Source: Bigelowiella natans CCMP2755 (lineage: Eukaryota > Protista > Cercozoa). Taken from it: DNA of 64,000 bases. The notes beneath the pieces were generated by a model that saw nothing but the letters and a program-made list of their open reading frames with translations, was not told the origin of the DNA and ran no database searches. The DNA is taken from contig ADNK01002375.1 in NCBI GenBank assembly GCA_000320545.1, positions 5,914 to 69,913 of the forward strand. The letters run 5' to 3'. Below are positions 37,568 through 50,941 of the stretch, piece after piece. How positions within the stretch are numbered: position 1 is the stretch's first letter; every line of letters starts with the position of its first letter. The position numbers and the translations under genes are program-made.

Positions 37568-38374
37568 ATTTTAATCTTTTGCGACCTGAAAAGTTCTAAA
37601 GGACAAAAGACATTTTTTCGGCTTTTGAGTCATCTGTGGCCGTCGAAGCTGCTTGCAGGCTCTTAGCTCTTCGTGGTTGTGATGGTGTACATGTATCGCA
37701 AGTGAGAGCAAAAACTTTCTGCTGTTCATGAAGACAAAAAAGCATCCAGATGAACGGCTGAAGACCGGGGTGATTGCCATCTCCAATCGTGGTCTGGTTC
37801 GAGAAACTGCACGTGCTGTTGTGATCTGGTTGTCATTTGGAATTTTTTTTGCCAACCAGGGCAGGAATGCTCTCCTAGAAAGAAAAATCCCCGATGGTTG
37901 GCCGTGGTGGGATGGCTTCCGCGATAAAAGAGGACAGATCTATCTTTGTATCGTATCTTTCTTATCCTTTCTCTTCCAACATGTCTTCCTTTGCAGGGTT
38001 GGTCCAAAAGTAGACGAAATTGCAGAAGACGACAAGGGAAAATAACTCCAGCACCGTCACAATTGCTTCATTACACGCACAAAAAAGTGCATCCTCCGTC
38101 AACCCTTTCTCCTGATACATCCGAAAATTACATTGTTGAAGTACCGACAGCTGGGAGACTTGATGTGTCAATTACCAAATGCGACATTAAGAATTGAACA
38201 GATTCAAGTAGAATTGGATGGATATTAGTTCGGTAAAAATGTGCAAATCTGAATTCAATGCGCGGGTAAACATTTCACTTGCGATGGTGCAAAAAAGGTG
38301 ATAATTTTGGAGAAAAAAGCATGTCGCATGCAGGGATCTTCCTGCACATCGTTCTTGGCAGTGTCGCTTTGCAG

Positions 38375-40288
38375 GTCCGAATCCGGCGCTGGAGCTCTTA
38401 TAATCCAATTTCCCACCCCAACGCAAGACATTCTCCCGGAACTTGAATCCAAAAGCAAGATGATGGTTAAAGCTGGTGAGAATAGGTAAGTTGGACATTG
38501 TGCGTTGAATGAATTTCCTGTCCTCGAAAACCACAAAATTCGTGAAAGCTTTCCGAAGTATCTCCCTCGGAAGTGTAAATAGAGAGCACTGAAATCAATT
38601 TTTCGATTTCTCAGAATTTTTCCATTGGCATTTCTTTATGATGTTTTTTCATAGTTACTTTTCATGAATTAACTCACACCTTATTACTTCTGAGGAACCC
38701 CCTGATAACGGACATGGATCTGCAAAGCACGAATTTCGAGTTGCCGAATGCGGAAGATGTGACGAATGCTGCCCAACTTCTCTTTTCGCTGCGTCACAGT
38801 CTAAATTCAAGAAATGATGATGACGAATCAATCGAGACAGCCCTAGATGATAATTGCTCTGACGAGGATGCAGGACATCAGGTCTTACAGCTCTCTCCTA
38901 TGTGCGCACGCGTGGTATAACATGCATAAACTTAGCAATACTGATTCACAGGATACAACCATCATCACTTCGAGAGCGTTATCCCTCAACAAGCCTATAT
39001 TCAAAAATAGAGGATACACCTCGACCCGATATGCACGACTTCGTACTGGCTACGCGCAAACAGTGAACCAGCATTGGATGGTAATCTGTCCTAAAATGCA
39101 TTTAAAATACTTGTTCAGATTAATTTTACGGTGCTTTCAGACTCGTATAATAAGCATAAAGTAGCTGATCGTTTCTACTCCTGTTTTAGGGTGATGTACG
39201 GGAAGATTCAAAGTATCGGTGCAGGAAATTGTCCTCAAAATATACTCTTGCATCCAAAGCGAAGAAAAGTGTTTCCGCTAAGAAACATAGTTCCTCTGTC
39301 CCCAAAAAGAAGATCCTTTCAAAACGTATCCCCACCACAAAAGAGCATAACAAGTTAATCGAAGCTTTGGAAAGGCACATGAAATTTAAAAGACTCAATC
39401 AAGTAAAAGTGCCTGTATCTTTAGCTTGATTTACATCGTATTGATTTGGGGGTGTTTCAGTCGGAAATTTCCAAAATCGTGCACGTTCCTCAACCTTACA
39501 TATCAATGTTCTTGAACCGTCGCTGGAGGGGAAGTTTTGAGTCGCCCACCTGGATCCATATGGAGAAGCAAGTTACTGCCTGGCTGAGATCCGAGGGGGT
39601 TGTTTTTTATGATCAAATCCATTCGACAAATATCTGATGAACCTTCTTGATTGCGAATAAATTTCAGGAAGAAGTACCGGGGGACAGCATCCCGAAGGAG
39701 CTCGAAAAGGAGGCCCACCCTTCGAAACGTGAAGGCCAAGGACGGGTTGTGGACAATTTAAATCGTGTTCAGGTTTCCGTTTCGACTTTGTTCTCCCTCC
39801 CTGATATTGAGAAACAAACGCCACGATGTAAGTACGCTGATGCCAACAAGAAGTGTCCATCAAAGAAAGGCGAGGAAGCAAATGTTGAGATTCGTTCTCC
39901 TATACTGAAACCTGGCGCACTTCCTTATCCACCACGCTCAAAACTCCATATGTCTTTCTTTGATGCTAATTCTGCTGATCAAGAAGGTCCATACCATGTA
40001 TTAGTAAATCATCACAGAGAGTTATTAGCAAATTTGTGCTGCAAAAAATAAGTATATTTCATGCAATGATCAATAAATATAATATATTTCATGTAATAAT
40101 CTAAAAGGTGAAAGGGGGATGCGATCTCCACACCAGAGCTGGTACTGCAAAGTCTGCACTTTCATCAATGAACACGACAAGATCGAATGCAAGTACTTTG
40201 ATCTTTAATCCACATTGGTGCTTGTTAGGAATCTGAATTGTGCTTCTCCAACAGAATGTGCGGGAAACATAGGAGGCGACTGGCTTAA
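38375..40288 (+). CDS. Putative transcription regulator: lambda-repressor/HNF1-like helix-turn-helix plus C-terminal RanBP2-type zinc finger; the 5' end may extend to ~37728
   Basis: Spliced LERHMKFKRLNQ|SEISKIVHVPQPYISMFLN..VTAWL (HTH-like). The last exons give WYCKVCTFINEHDKIECK|MCGK (W-x-C-x2-C-x3-N-x6-C-x2-C), stop at 40286-40288. Exon 38375-38485 joins in phase to 38695. Confidence 0.7.
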
Positions 40289-40670
40289 TGAATTCTTTGA
40301 AAAACATACATAATACAGACCGATTATGACATTTACTCTACGAGCAGTACCGTTTACATCAAATGCACCTGAACAAATTTAGATCAATTTTCATCGAATT
40401 TCCTCAATTATCTTGGATTTCTCGAATTCCTATATAACATCTAGCAGTCCATTGTATCCTATCCAACATGCTACACTCCGTCTTTTCGTTGTCTGAAAAT
40501 GCGTTAGATATTTCAGTTAGCATGATATCGTTGCGCGTTGTTGTTTCATCGTTTTTGGAAAACGCTCGATGAAGTGCAAGTGGAGTCTACAGGCTCAACG
40601 AACATGAATTGGACCTACCTTTAGTTGTTCATCATGCTGGCTCCTGGTCATAATATTATTATTGAAGTAT

Positions 40671-40707
40671 TTGGACATTTATACACCTTGTAAATTGATA
40701 TAAATAT

Positions 40708-40743
<36 letters not shown>

Positions 40744-40779
40744 ACATTTAGCACCTTGTAAATTTGATATAAATATATT

Positions 40780-40810
<31 letters not shown>
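40671..40810. repeat. ~45 bp tandem duplication separated by (TA)n
   Basis: tggacattta..caccttgtaaat(t)tgatataaatat occurs at ~40672 and 40741. Confidence 0.9.
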
Positions 40811-40811
<1 letters not shown>

Positions 40812-41792
40812 AATTTATATATCAGTTTATTTAGTCTGGTTTCCGGTTTTGATAGTCTAGTAGTCCTTAATATGTGTATTTAAGATCTCATCATTCCAGA
40901 ACCGAAGATGGTATATTTGCACATGTATTGGGGAACTAACAAAGTCAATGCATTAGTTTCTTTACTGGTAAAATGTACCTAGCTTGTGATAATAGCCATA
41001 ACGTAGCGCAGGCATTTGATTCTTCATGTGTTCTCGCCGCGTAACCCACCGGCGTATCGTAGGCACAGTATCATGCTACTACGCACTCAGGCGGAGGTGC
41101 GCCTTTTGCATTGTTATGTAGCTAAAATACGATTGTCTATTGCACATGTGCACATGATTATGTTCTTAAATGCCATGACTACGATACTTTGTTTTATTTG
41201 CTTTGAGAAGCATCTATAGAGCATGTAGCACCACCTAGAATTTCCGCACGGAAACACATTGCTAGATTGGGGCGGGCGAAACTCGCACAGCTAGCAGAGG
41301 CGCTGTCATGTGCCCACCATGCAAATTTCTATGATCGATATGCATGTGCCCCTTCAATGTCGTTGTTGTCATCGTCACGAGGAGTGCACGTGAAAATAAA
41401 TGGCATGTTTTGGGTAACAATCGTCAATAAATGAAGTTGAAATGAAGTTGAAATGTGATCATTACATGTTTTGATGAACAGCTGGATGCGTTTGCGAATA
41501 AAATTGAAAAATGCAGTGCACGGCGAGAATTTTGCACACACACAGCTAGACAGGATCGCCCGAACTAATCAGCAACAAATTCATTGCTAAGTTGTTTCAT
41601 CGTGGCCCTGAGAAAAAGAAAACTACGAACACCAAGCTGCACCAATGTAACCGGCATCTACCCGGCACTCCACCTCATGAAAAAAAATGCAATTCAAAAT
41701 TCTAATAATTAGTTGAATTAGTGATGTGATAAACCATTCACATGCCCACCAACAATCCTCCCTCTGCTTATATTCGGGTTATTGTCGTCGGT

Positions 41793-43481
41793 CTAAATGA
41801 TAAATTGGCTGGAAGGAAAATCATCAGGCAAGTCCCCAAGCCTCTCTCCGAAACCCCCGAGGTCTCCAATGAGTTCGGTTGCGAAATCTGAAGTAGGAGA
41901 TTGTTCGTCTAGCCTTCCGTCTGTGTAGAGCCCCATCGCTGCTGTGGCGGGAGGCAGGCCCGTTGACACTGAGTTGACCCTTGGGCTATTGTACGCAATA
42001 GAAATCGCCGGTGAAATTTCTGTTCGCATATCCGGGGGGACTTGGACAAACGGCTTAGTTGAGGTGGAGGATAAGGTGGTGGAGAGCATGGAAGAGGAAT
42101 GTTTGGATCTGAAGTACTTGAGATTGGCCTCCTGATACTGCTGTAGACGAGAGCCGTGTTTTCGTTCATATATTGCGTAACGGCCCCTTGGCTGCTGATG
42201 CCGCCGCTGCTGATGATGATAAGGGAGACGTGGCATGTCCAAAGAGGAAGTAGAGGAGGAAGAAGGAACAGAAGAGTAAGGACGATATTGAGATTGCTGT
42301 TGCTGCTTCATGCTCTGCTGATTAAGCATGTATTGAAGATCCTGTTTTTGCTGGCCCGCATTTCCATTCCGTCGAATAGGCATGGTATTTCTGCTTGCCC
42401 TGCCAGATTCTCGAGACCGTGCCGCGGCCTCTGCTCGTAGTCGCTGCCGTTGTGCTTCCGTCACATTACTTCTTTTTTTGAGTGACGAATGGCGAGAATT
42501 TCCCCCTTCCTTGCGCATACGTTTGTGAGAGGATGAAGAAAATTTCCCCTTATCGCCTGTGTTAGTGCCCCCCCCTGAGCCACTACCGGCCTTTGTATTG
42601 GGGGATTCCATCTCTTGTTGCTCTACGAGTGCCCTAGAGGCGGAAGAGTCCGACAGAAAAGAGCAGACTTGTTGCCGATCTGATCGATTAAGAGAAGGAG
42701 TTCGGTGCGATTGGGGAGTAGAAAGATATTATATAAAGGGCGAAACATCACACTGTAGAAAATCACAAGGAACACTATAGATGAAATCAAGGAGGTTGCA
42801 TTTTTGAGAAACACAATAAATACGCCAAACTCACCTTTTTCATAGAACGCATTCTCGTACGGATAGAGATATTGCTGGTATATTCTTTTAAGCCGATAGG
42901 AAGCATCTGTCACACGATCGTTGAAGTTGTCCAAACGCCGGAAGATCTGCGCCCAGGTTCCATCATTCTTGTTTGCCAAAGTAAATCCTCTGTTAAAAAC
43001 GCGAAAGGCGAGCGATCAGGGCCGAGGCGGTTCAGATACACTTGCAGGGATGCGATGGGAGTAGAGGGTAACATGTATGTGTGCACGATTCATTAATTTC
43101 TACCCAACATAAGTGATTTCTCGGTAAAGCCTGTAAAGATCCAGCTCCATTCCCGCAACAACGGGGAGACGTGTCTTGAAAACCTTCCGTGATCGTAGGA
43201 ACGCCAGGAGATCAAGGATAAAAAGCGCCTGTTGGAAATGGTGTTAGAGCATTTCTTTTGCATGCCATCGTTTCGTGGAAAAGACGGATGAAAGTGTGAG
43301 CTTTCGGTATCCATTTTTATTATTTTTTAGTGTCACTCCTGCAGCTATCTCTTCTTCTAACACACCATTACATAGTAAAAGTGAAATACTGAAAACAAGA
43401 CCTTCTCTCGATCAATATAGACCCGCAGCTGGCCGACGTCCAGATGTATCTAGCAGATTAGACAAAATTTGCAAAAATGAT

Positions 43482-43551
<70 letters not shown>

Positions 43552-45545
43552 TGTGTGAATTAAGAATCTTATTTCTGTATTTCTATTTTGAAATCGAAAT
43601 CCTCCTCACATCGTTTGGCCGGAGTTGTTCCTCTTCAACATCACACGAATTTTGTGACCAGATAGGGTTATAAGAGCACTCCCACAGTGGCGACAGACTA
43701 AGTGTTTCATCACAAATGTTGTTCAAACACATCATGTCAGCTTGGCACGAGGAACAACGGCAGCCAGTGAAAGAATATCCATTCTTAATAAATAAAAAGA
43801 TCAACCTTTCAAAGGGCACAAGTGTTGGAAGTTTCCTCCATTTCCCACATTTTGAGCACCTGATCCATCTGGATAAGAAGAGGCGGGTGGGAGGAACAAG
43901 GAGAAAAATGTATTCATTATCAGAAATCATGTACTGGTAGTAATATCAGCAGCTGCAGTAGCCTGAAAATCCTTTATAAAATGAAACAAGTTGTACGACA
44001 AGTGTTCTTACTAGTCTCGAGGAGAAGAATAGACGGTGTATGAGATGACTCTAGTTAATAATACACTACCTCACAAGCTTGGAATCGATTCGAAGCATGC
44101 CTTTCTCATCAGAATCAGTGGTTGCTCGAAGAAAGTCCTAGGAACCATCAAGAAATAACAGAAGGAATGGAAATGCCATTGTCAGCGCGAATACCCACAA
44201 TAATCGGAGAAAATAGCAACGCCTAGCTTTTTGCCAGTAATATTCTCTACTGGCAAATACCCATCAAAGCCGTGGTTGCTCATCCGCTCTCGATTCTTAT
44301 ATTCCCAAATGGCAAGTTGGCGAATCGTTTCTTCACTCTCTCTCTGCTCTGTCTCTCTCTTTCTCTCCTCTTCCTCTCATAGTATGTATATTAGTACCGG
44401 AAGTTGATCACATTTCGTCAAGTCCACTTTCTCATCACCGAGGCCGAATTCGTCAATTGCATCGCGTTTCTTCAGTTTTTTTCTGTCCTTCTTGGATTTC
44501 TTCAGAATTTCTTCCTTCGCTGCCGCCTCTTCAGCCTCTCGGGAACGCTTCTTGTTCTTGCTTAGTCGACTACCTCTTTTATTTGCAAGCGATGCCCGCT
44601 TTTGGGACATCACCCTCTCACTCTTGGGCGAGGTTACCTCCGATGGCTCGCTAGGATATGTTTTCTCCTTTACCTTCGAAGCTCGAGATGAGCGACGGAC
44701 TGGCACAGGAGAATTAGTGGTTTGTTGTTTTTTTGTTTGCTTGCCTTGCTTCTGCTGTTGTCCTTTGAGAGGAGATACTTGTTTCAACTTCTTTCTAGTT
44801 GCAGCACCAGCAGTGACTATATTAGTCCGGGGCTTAGGGTTCCTGATAGCAACCGACTCCTTCTTGACAAGTTTTCCATAGTTTGAATGGTCTTGGGGTA
44901 TGCTCGTAAGCCCTGCGACGATAAGCGATTGTCGAGCTTTGGAACCGACAGGTAGTCGCCCGATAGACGGTACTTCTGGATCTGCAAGAGGGTCTTCCGT
45001 GTGTGTGACTGATGTTCCAGGTGGATGGAGATTGGGGGGACTTCGTATGCCACTGCCTTGCGAATACACACCGGAATTCACAAGATTGTAGCTACCAGGA
45101 GCAGACTGTGACGACATGTTCCACGGAAGTGATTGCCCAGTCCTGCACGCAATGCTTCCACGTTGACGCATTTGCGTTTGGGGTTTCCAAACATTGTCAA
45201 TTTGAGCAGTAAATCCCTTCTGAAATGCACTTTGGCGGCGAGACGCCATTATCTTATCTTGGAGATTCTCTAGCGCTCGCTACACTAATTATTAAAAGGA
45301 ATATTTGCCCGATTTCCTGCAGTTTCGCACACTTAACTATCGATATCCTCTTCCTAAGCCAAAGACCGCGAGCACTAACCAGCTCTATGTCTTCAACTTC
45401 CCCCCCCCCCCGTAGTACACGCCAAGTCTGGAGTTGGGATGTCTTGTCTTCCCTTCGCGTTTCTAGGTTTCGAGTGGACTTCGAATATCGAAGTCGCTGG
45501 CAAACACTTTCATACAAAAACGTGCTCAAGATAGTCCCTACAACC
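41793..45545 (-). CDS. ARID (BRIGHT) DNA-binding + CW-type zinc-finger chromatin protein; 5' end uncertain
   Basis: CW: WIRCSKCGKWRKLP..WECSYNP..SCDVEEE. ARID: LPVVAGMELDLYRLYREITYVG|GF..WAQIFRRL..SYRLKRIYQQYLYPYE. Low-complexity flanks. Confidence 0.88.
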
Positions 45546-46461
45546 TAAAAAATAATGATATTAATTTATTGCGACAAGTAGATCATGTGTAAGCAGGACG
45601 AAAATCTAGACCGTCTCGCCTTCATAATATTTCGTACGAAATCGTATATGTTTATTTTTTGTGATACTCTCTTTTTATGTCGAAACCACTTTCAGCTATT
45701 TGAGGTGCTTCAGATGAGACATTTTATGATTTTGAAACGACGATAATCAATATATTGCCCAGTGAAATACTCTAAAGGTGTAAAAACTCCCTAGGAAAAG
45801 AAATCTGTCGAAGAATTTTCATCTTATGCTTAATAGGTGCTTCGCGCTTACGACTTTTTCAGATCAGGATCTGCGCAACTGATTCATATATTTTTACAGA
45901 CAATGTTAAAATATTTCATACGACAAGAGCATGATCGCTAGACATGTGTAGCATAAAAGAGATATTTTGAAAATTTTAGAAGAATTTTAATGTCTTATTA
46001 ATTAGCTTTTCATAGCTTATCCTATGGAGGAGCCTTTTGTGCCCAGTATGTGGTAAGTCGCCCATATTCAATAGAGAATTAACTTAATCTTCTCAAATAA
46101 ACGCAAATCCCGGAGATATTGGTGATTCCAGGAAATCCCGAAATATGTAGTCTCTTGGAATTAAAAGACTGATTAGTATCCCTTTTTCCATCGACAACCG
46201 CAAAAAAGTCAAAAAGTTGCAAAATGCCCTCGTAGATCTACCCTGATTTCGAGAGAATTCCACCCATGGGTACTACCTACCGGTACTCGTATTACCCTAA
46301 TGTTCAATAATTTATAAATCTGCATAGCCTTGTCGCAGTAGCAAAACATCCGATGTAGGTTTTGGATTTATATTTTCCCGAATTTCAAACTGCGACAACA
46401 AATTACTGTGTCGCAGATAGGCATTAGCACAATCGTAGCTTCGCCCGAGCGAGCAGTTCCG

Positions 46462-47355
46462 ATGCTGCTTTCGGCAAGTAGGGGGGTCAGAGCGATTGGG
46501 ATGTTGCCTCTGATGAAGCAACAGAGGAGAAGGTTGTCATCCTACCTATTATGGTTTCACAGAATCAATTTGTTCTTGCTATTAATGCCTAATTTTCATA
46601 AAAGGCGCGTGGGCAGCAGCCAGAAAGCTGTGTACTACAATGGTCCCAGAAAGCGACGATTCGAAGGCACTCTTACTTTCGCTTGTCGCAGAATCTCCAC
46701 AGCCACAACGCCTGAATGTACAATTCAAATCGAAAAGGAAGCCATTAAGTTTAGCTCAGGGCACTTCACGATATTCTCTGCTACTGAACGCGAACGGCTG
46801 CACGGGTTTGAATCTCTCGATGTATGCAAGAGATTTGAACGAGGAAAATTGAGAGTTGGCTGCCGTTAGTTCTTTGCAATATAACTTATGATATTTATTT
46901 TGAAAATCCTTCAAATTCTATGCTAGTTATTTTCCTTACACGATCGCATCTCAGGCATAACTTTTCGGTCTCTGCCTCCTTCACAGGACAGCCTGCAGAG
47001 GACGGAATGATGGGGGTATCATCTGAATAGTAGCTAGCGAGTGCAACTCCCCGCCCTTTCCCCCCCCTCCACTCTCTTTTAGTATTATTTTTGGTACAAT
47101 TTTGACTGTTGATATGCTAATTGTAGGACTATGGCCAATTAAAACGGATTCTGAAGTAGTAGTAGTAGTATGATAAGAGTAGTAATTAGTCGTCGTCGTC
47201 GTCGTCGTCGTCGCTGCCTCTGCCGCCGCCACCTCCCCGGCAAAAGCAGTAGCAGTTGTAGCGGTACTACTAGTAGTAGTTGGAGTAGTAGTAGTGGTGG
47301 TGGTAGCAGTAGTTTGAGGAACAACATGCAGTATTCTACACTGTGTGCATGCATC

Positions 47356-47404
<49 letters not shown>

Positions 47405-48955
47405 GTTTCAGAGATTTGTTTCTCAACAACTTTGTCTTCTGTGTCGATGTGTGTGGTCTGCGTGCTTATTATTTTCTACTTCCCGACAACAACGACGAAG
47501 AGAGCTCTGCGCTGAGCTGGATGAATACTTCCTCCTTCCTGGGCTCTCCCAGCACCTTCGTGTCTACATTAAGGAGGCGGAAGAGGAGAAGGAGGAGGGG
47601 GGTGGGGGAGAAAACGACGCGATGTCGAAGCCTGTAGAAGTACAAAGAGTCCTTGATGCTGCCCCGAGGCATGTGGTGGCTATGTTTGGCTCGGACCCTG
47701 CAGAGCTCATTTCCCTCCCTCAAGCAGACGTCAAAGTGGGTGAGGGTGAAGGAATGCAGTTAAAGGAGGGGATTGGTTGGTTCGAAGAGAATGTTGCTCA
47801 AATTCTTATCGATCTCTCACCACATGTATTTTGTTTTCCAATTTTTGGCCCCTCCCCACTTTCCTGTTCCTCAACGCGGTGTTCAGATTCTACCAATTAC
47901 TAATGTGACGGTGGAGGAGCTTGCACGGTCAAGTCATAATAAACATCTGTAACATTCGATGGATGAACGGATGGGGGAAGGGGGAGAAGGGAGGGGGATG
48001 AGGAATGAGGAGAACTATCAGCTACAAATAGTTCTTGAAAGAACCCCACGCTTATCATCACCATCATCATCATCATCGTCATCGTAATCGTAATCGAAAC
48101 AGATTTCTGGTGCAAAGAGTGGCAAATGGGTACCAAGATGATCTGAGGAGTATGGGGGTTCGCTCCTACTCGATACGGTCGCAATCATAATGTTAAACAT
48201 TATATACATGGTATGGGTATCCTGGTCCTTGACATCATGCGACAATCCCATATTTCCTGTTCACCCCCCCCTCCCCCCCCCCTCTCTTCCACTCTTCCAC
48301 CCGTTCAGTGTCACATCGGGGCCAGGTCAGGGGGCGATTGTGTCTCACGAGTTTTTTGCTGCTACTGATGATGGCGCGTCTTCAAGAAGGAAGCAGCCAC
48401 ATTGGTACGAGATGAAAGGGGATGGTAATAGAGGAGGAGGAGGAGGAGGAGGAGGAGGAGGAGGAAGAGGAGGGGAAGGAGGAGCTTCTCCCATCGCCGT
48501 GGTGACAGGTGCGAGTAGTGGCATTGGGCTCGAAACCGCTAAAGTGTTCCTTGAAGCTGGTTATGAGGTAGCGGAAGCTAGCTGTGAAAACAGCAAAAAA
48601 TAACACCTACGTCGTACAACAAAGTACCACACGCACACACACACACACACACACAGACAGACATGCATACAACAAATCAAGCAAACAAGTACCTCAAAAA
48701 AGACTGAAGTATCATTATCAATCCCTTAACGTACTAGCAGCCTCCTACCACGATGATAATAATAGTAGTAATATTAATGTAACGGTCTTGTACTACTACT
48801 GCTGCTACTACTTCAAGGTCATCAATATCTCTCGATCAGCATGCCCCCTTTCTCCTGTGGTGAATCTTCCATGCGACTTGAAGGATATGGCAAGCATCGC
48901 TCATACTACCAGCACTGATCTGAACAGGATCATATCAATGGGTTCTTCCTCCCCC

Positions 48956-48990
<35 letters not shown>

Positions 48991-49788
48991 ATAGTAAAAT
49001 CAGAAGAAGAAGACGACGAAGACAGGTTGTGCTGCTGCAAGTGTACTACTTACAACATGTCTTTGACCAAAACATGAGTAGTAGCGTTGGGGTATTTACA
49101 TAGGTAGCTATGATCTGTAGATGCCTCTATACACCTAATAATATCGTCATCGTGGAAAATGTGCTGAAAATGAGCAGGAGACAAACATCGGAAGAGGAAC
49201 ATCTGTTTGGTACACAATGCTGCTATGTTCTTTGGAGACACTGCGGTGGAGATGGACGCTGAAAAACTTAAAGATGTGCTTCTCGTGCAGACGGTAACCA
49301 TCCTCACATCACCAACCATCGGAGGGCATTTACACCTGTGGAGAATGCTAAGCGAGGAGGAGGAGGAGGAAGGGAGGAAGGGAGAAGTGCTGCCTTATCA
49401 TCTTCACATTATCATCATTGAGTTTCTGCTTTGTCTGGTGTAACGACAAATTAAAGACGAAGAAGAAAAAGAAGAAGAAGAAGAAAAAGGCAAAAAAAAA
49501 GGAGATCATGATGACAGCATGAAAAGGAGTCACATAGGTGTATCCGATGCGTGTATCTATTTGTTTATCTTCGTTGATCACGATCGCCATCGTCGTCATC
49601 GTCTCTATTGTCGTGTTGTTTGTTCCAAGGTTTCTCCTTCAATTATCAACAGAAGCTTGATTCCGAGAATGACACCTGGGTCGTTTATTATTTGTGCACT
49701 AGCGAGAGAAGAATAAGTTTAACAAATACGTCCTTGTTGTTCTTGTTGTCGTAGTTGCAATACCAGTGGAACAAATGTAGTAGTATTT

Positions 49789-49821
<33 letters not shown>

Positions 49822-50524
49822 TTGGTGGTGGTACAGAAGTAGCATGATCATGCTGCTATATATGATAACATTCCATCAAATAACAATCATGTTCAAGTTC
49901 ATCTCTGTAACCGTCAATGTGGCGAGGGCGGAAGCATTGGAAAAATAAACTAAAAATGCCCTTTTATCTGTCTCGAATGATCTTTTCCCTCCAACTTGAA
50001 TTTCATAAAAGCCTGGGTTTGATCGCATCAAGTTTGCTGTTTCATTCGTCATCATTTTCTATGTTTTCTATGAATGGATTATGATCCCCTGCGTTATTCT
50101 CAGATCAAGCATTATCTTTATCGGCTCTACCCTTTCCGAGAAAGCGGTTGGTTTTCGTATGTCGTCATCTTCGTTTGATATTATCCTCCTCCTCCTCCTC
50201 CTCCTCCTCCTCGGTGTCGTCGGTAGCAGCAGCGTTGATTTCATCTTCGGCCCATCGTTATTAGTTCAATCTCGCAGCTGCTTTACAACACCTCTTACCC
50301 CTTCGCAAACACTACTTTCATGACTGCTGGTTATTGCTGCTGGCTGCTGTGAATTCACTATCATTGATACCATCAGGTGGGGGGCACGCTGAGCTACTCG
50401 ACGTCTAAGCATGCCGTCGTAGGGTTGATGCGCGCAACCACGCAAGACTTATTCGGTGATCGTCTCGCACATAATGAAGAATGCTCTGTGAGCGTGTTAA
50501 ATCAAAGAATAGTCGCGTATATCG

Positions 50525-50566
<42 letters not shown>

Positions 50567-50599
50567 TACATGTGCATTGAAAACATGTGCGTTTGCATG

Positions 50600-50631
<32 letters not shown>

Positions 50632-50941
50632 CGCGCGCGCGCGTATGTGGTAAGGGGTATGTTGTGGCGGGGATGAGTAGTCTCTACTGATGATGTACTG
50701 TGACTGATGTAATGGTGATGAAGGTACTGGTATCCACACGTCTCTCGTCTGTCCGGGGTTCACCGACACTCCGATGCTGCGGAAACATTTGGGGGATGAT
50801 GCTGATTCGATAGCCAGCAACAATGCGTATGGCCGACTTGTTAAGCCAGAGGAAATCGCTAAATTAGTACTGACCACAGCTCATTCACCCGCTCTGAATG
50901 GATCTGTGCTGCATGCAAATCTAGGTCAACATCAAACATGA
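46462..50941 (+). CDS. 6-pyruvoyltetrahydropterin synthase-like (PTPS-III type) domain fused to a short-chain dehydrogenase/reductase; probable mitochondrial presequence
   Basis: PTPS: FSSGHFTIFSATERERLHG|HNFSV, DYGQLKR, LDEYFLLP, LPITNVTVEELAR, SGPGQGA. SDR: VVTGASSGIG, LVHNAA, IIFIGS, YSTSK, VCPGFTDTPM, PEEIA. Stop at 50939-50941. Confidence 0.88.

Noticed and set aside
37728-38200. Independent small gene
   Set aside because: No family was recognised and splice phases were unresolved. It may be 5' exons or UTR of the HTH-ZnF gene.
47354-47400. (CG)n(TG)n potential Z-DNA element
   Set aside because: Indistinguishable from the general intronic microsatellite load, with no evidence of function.
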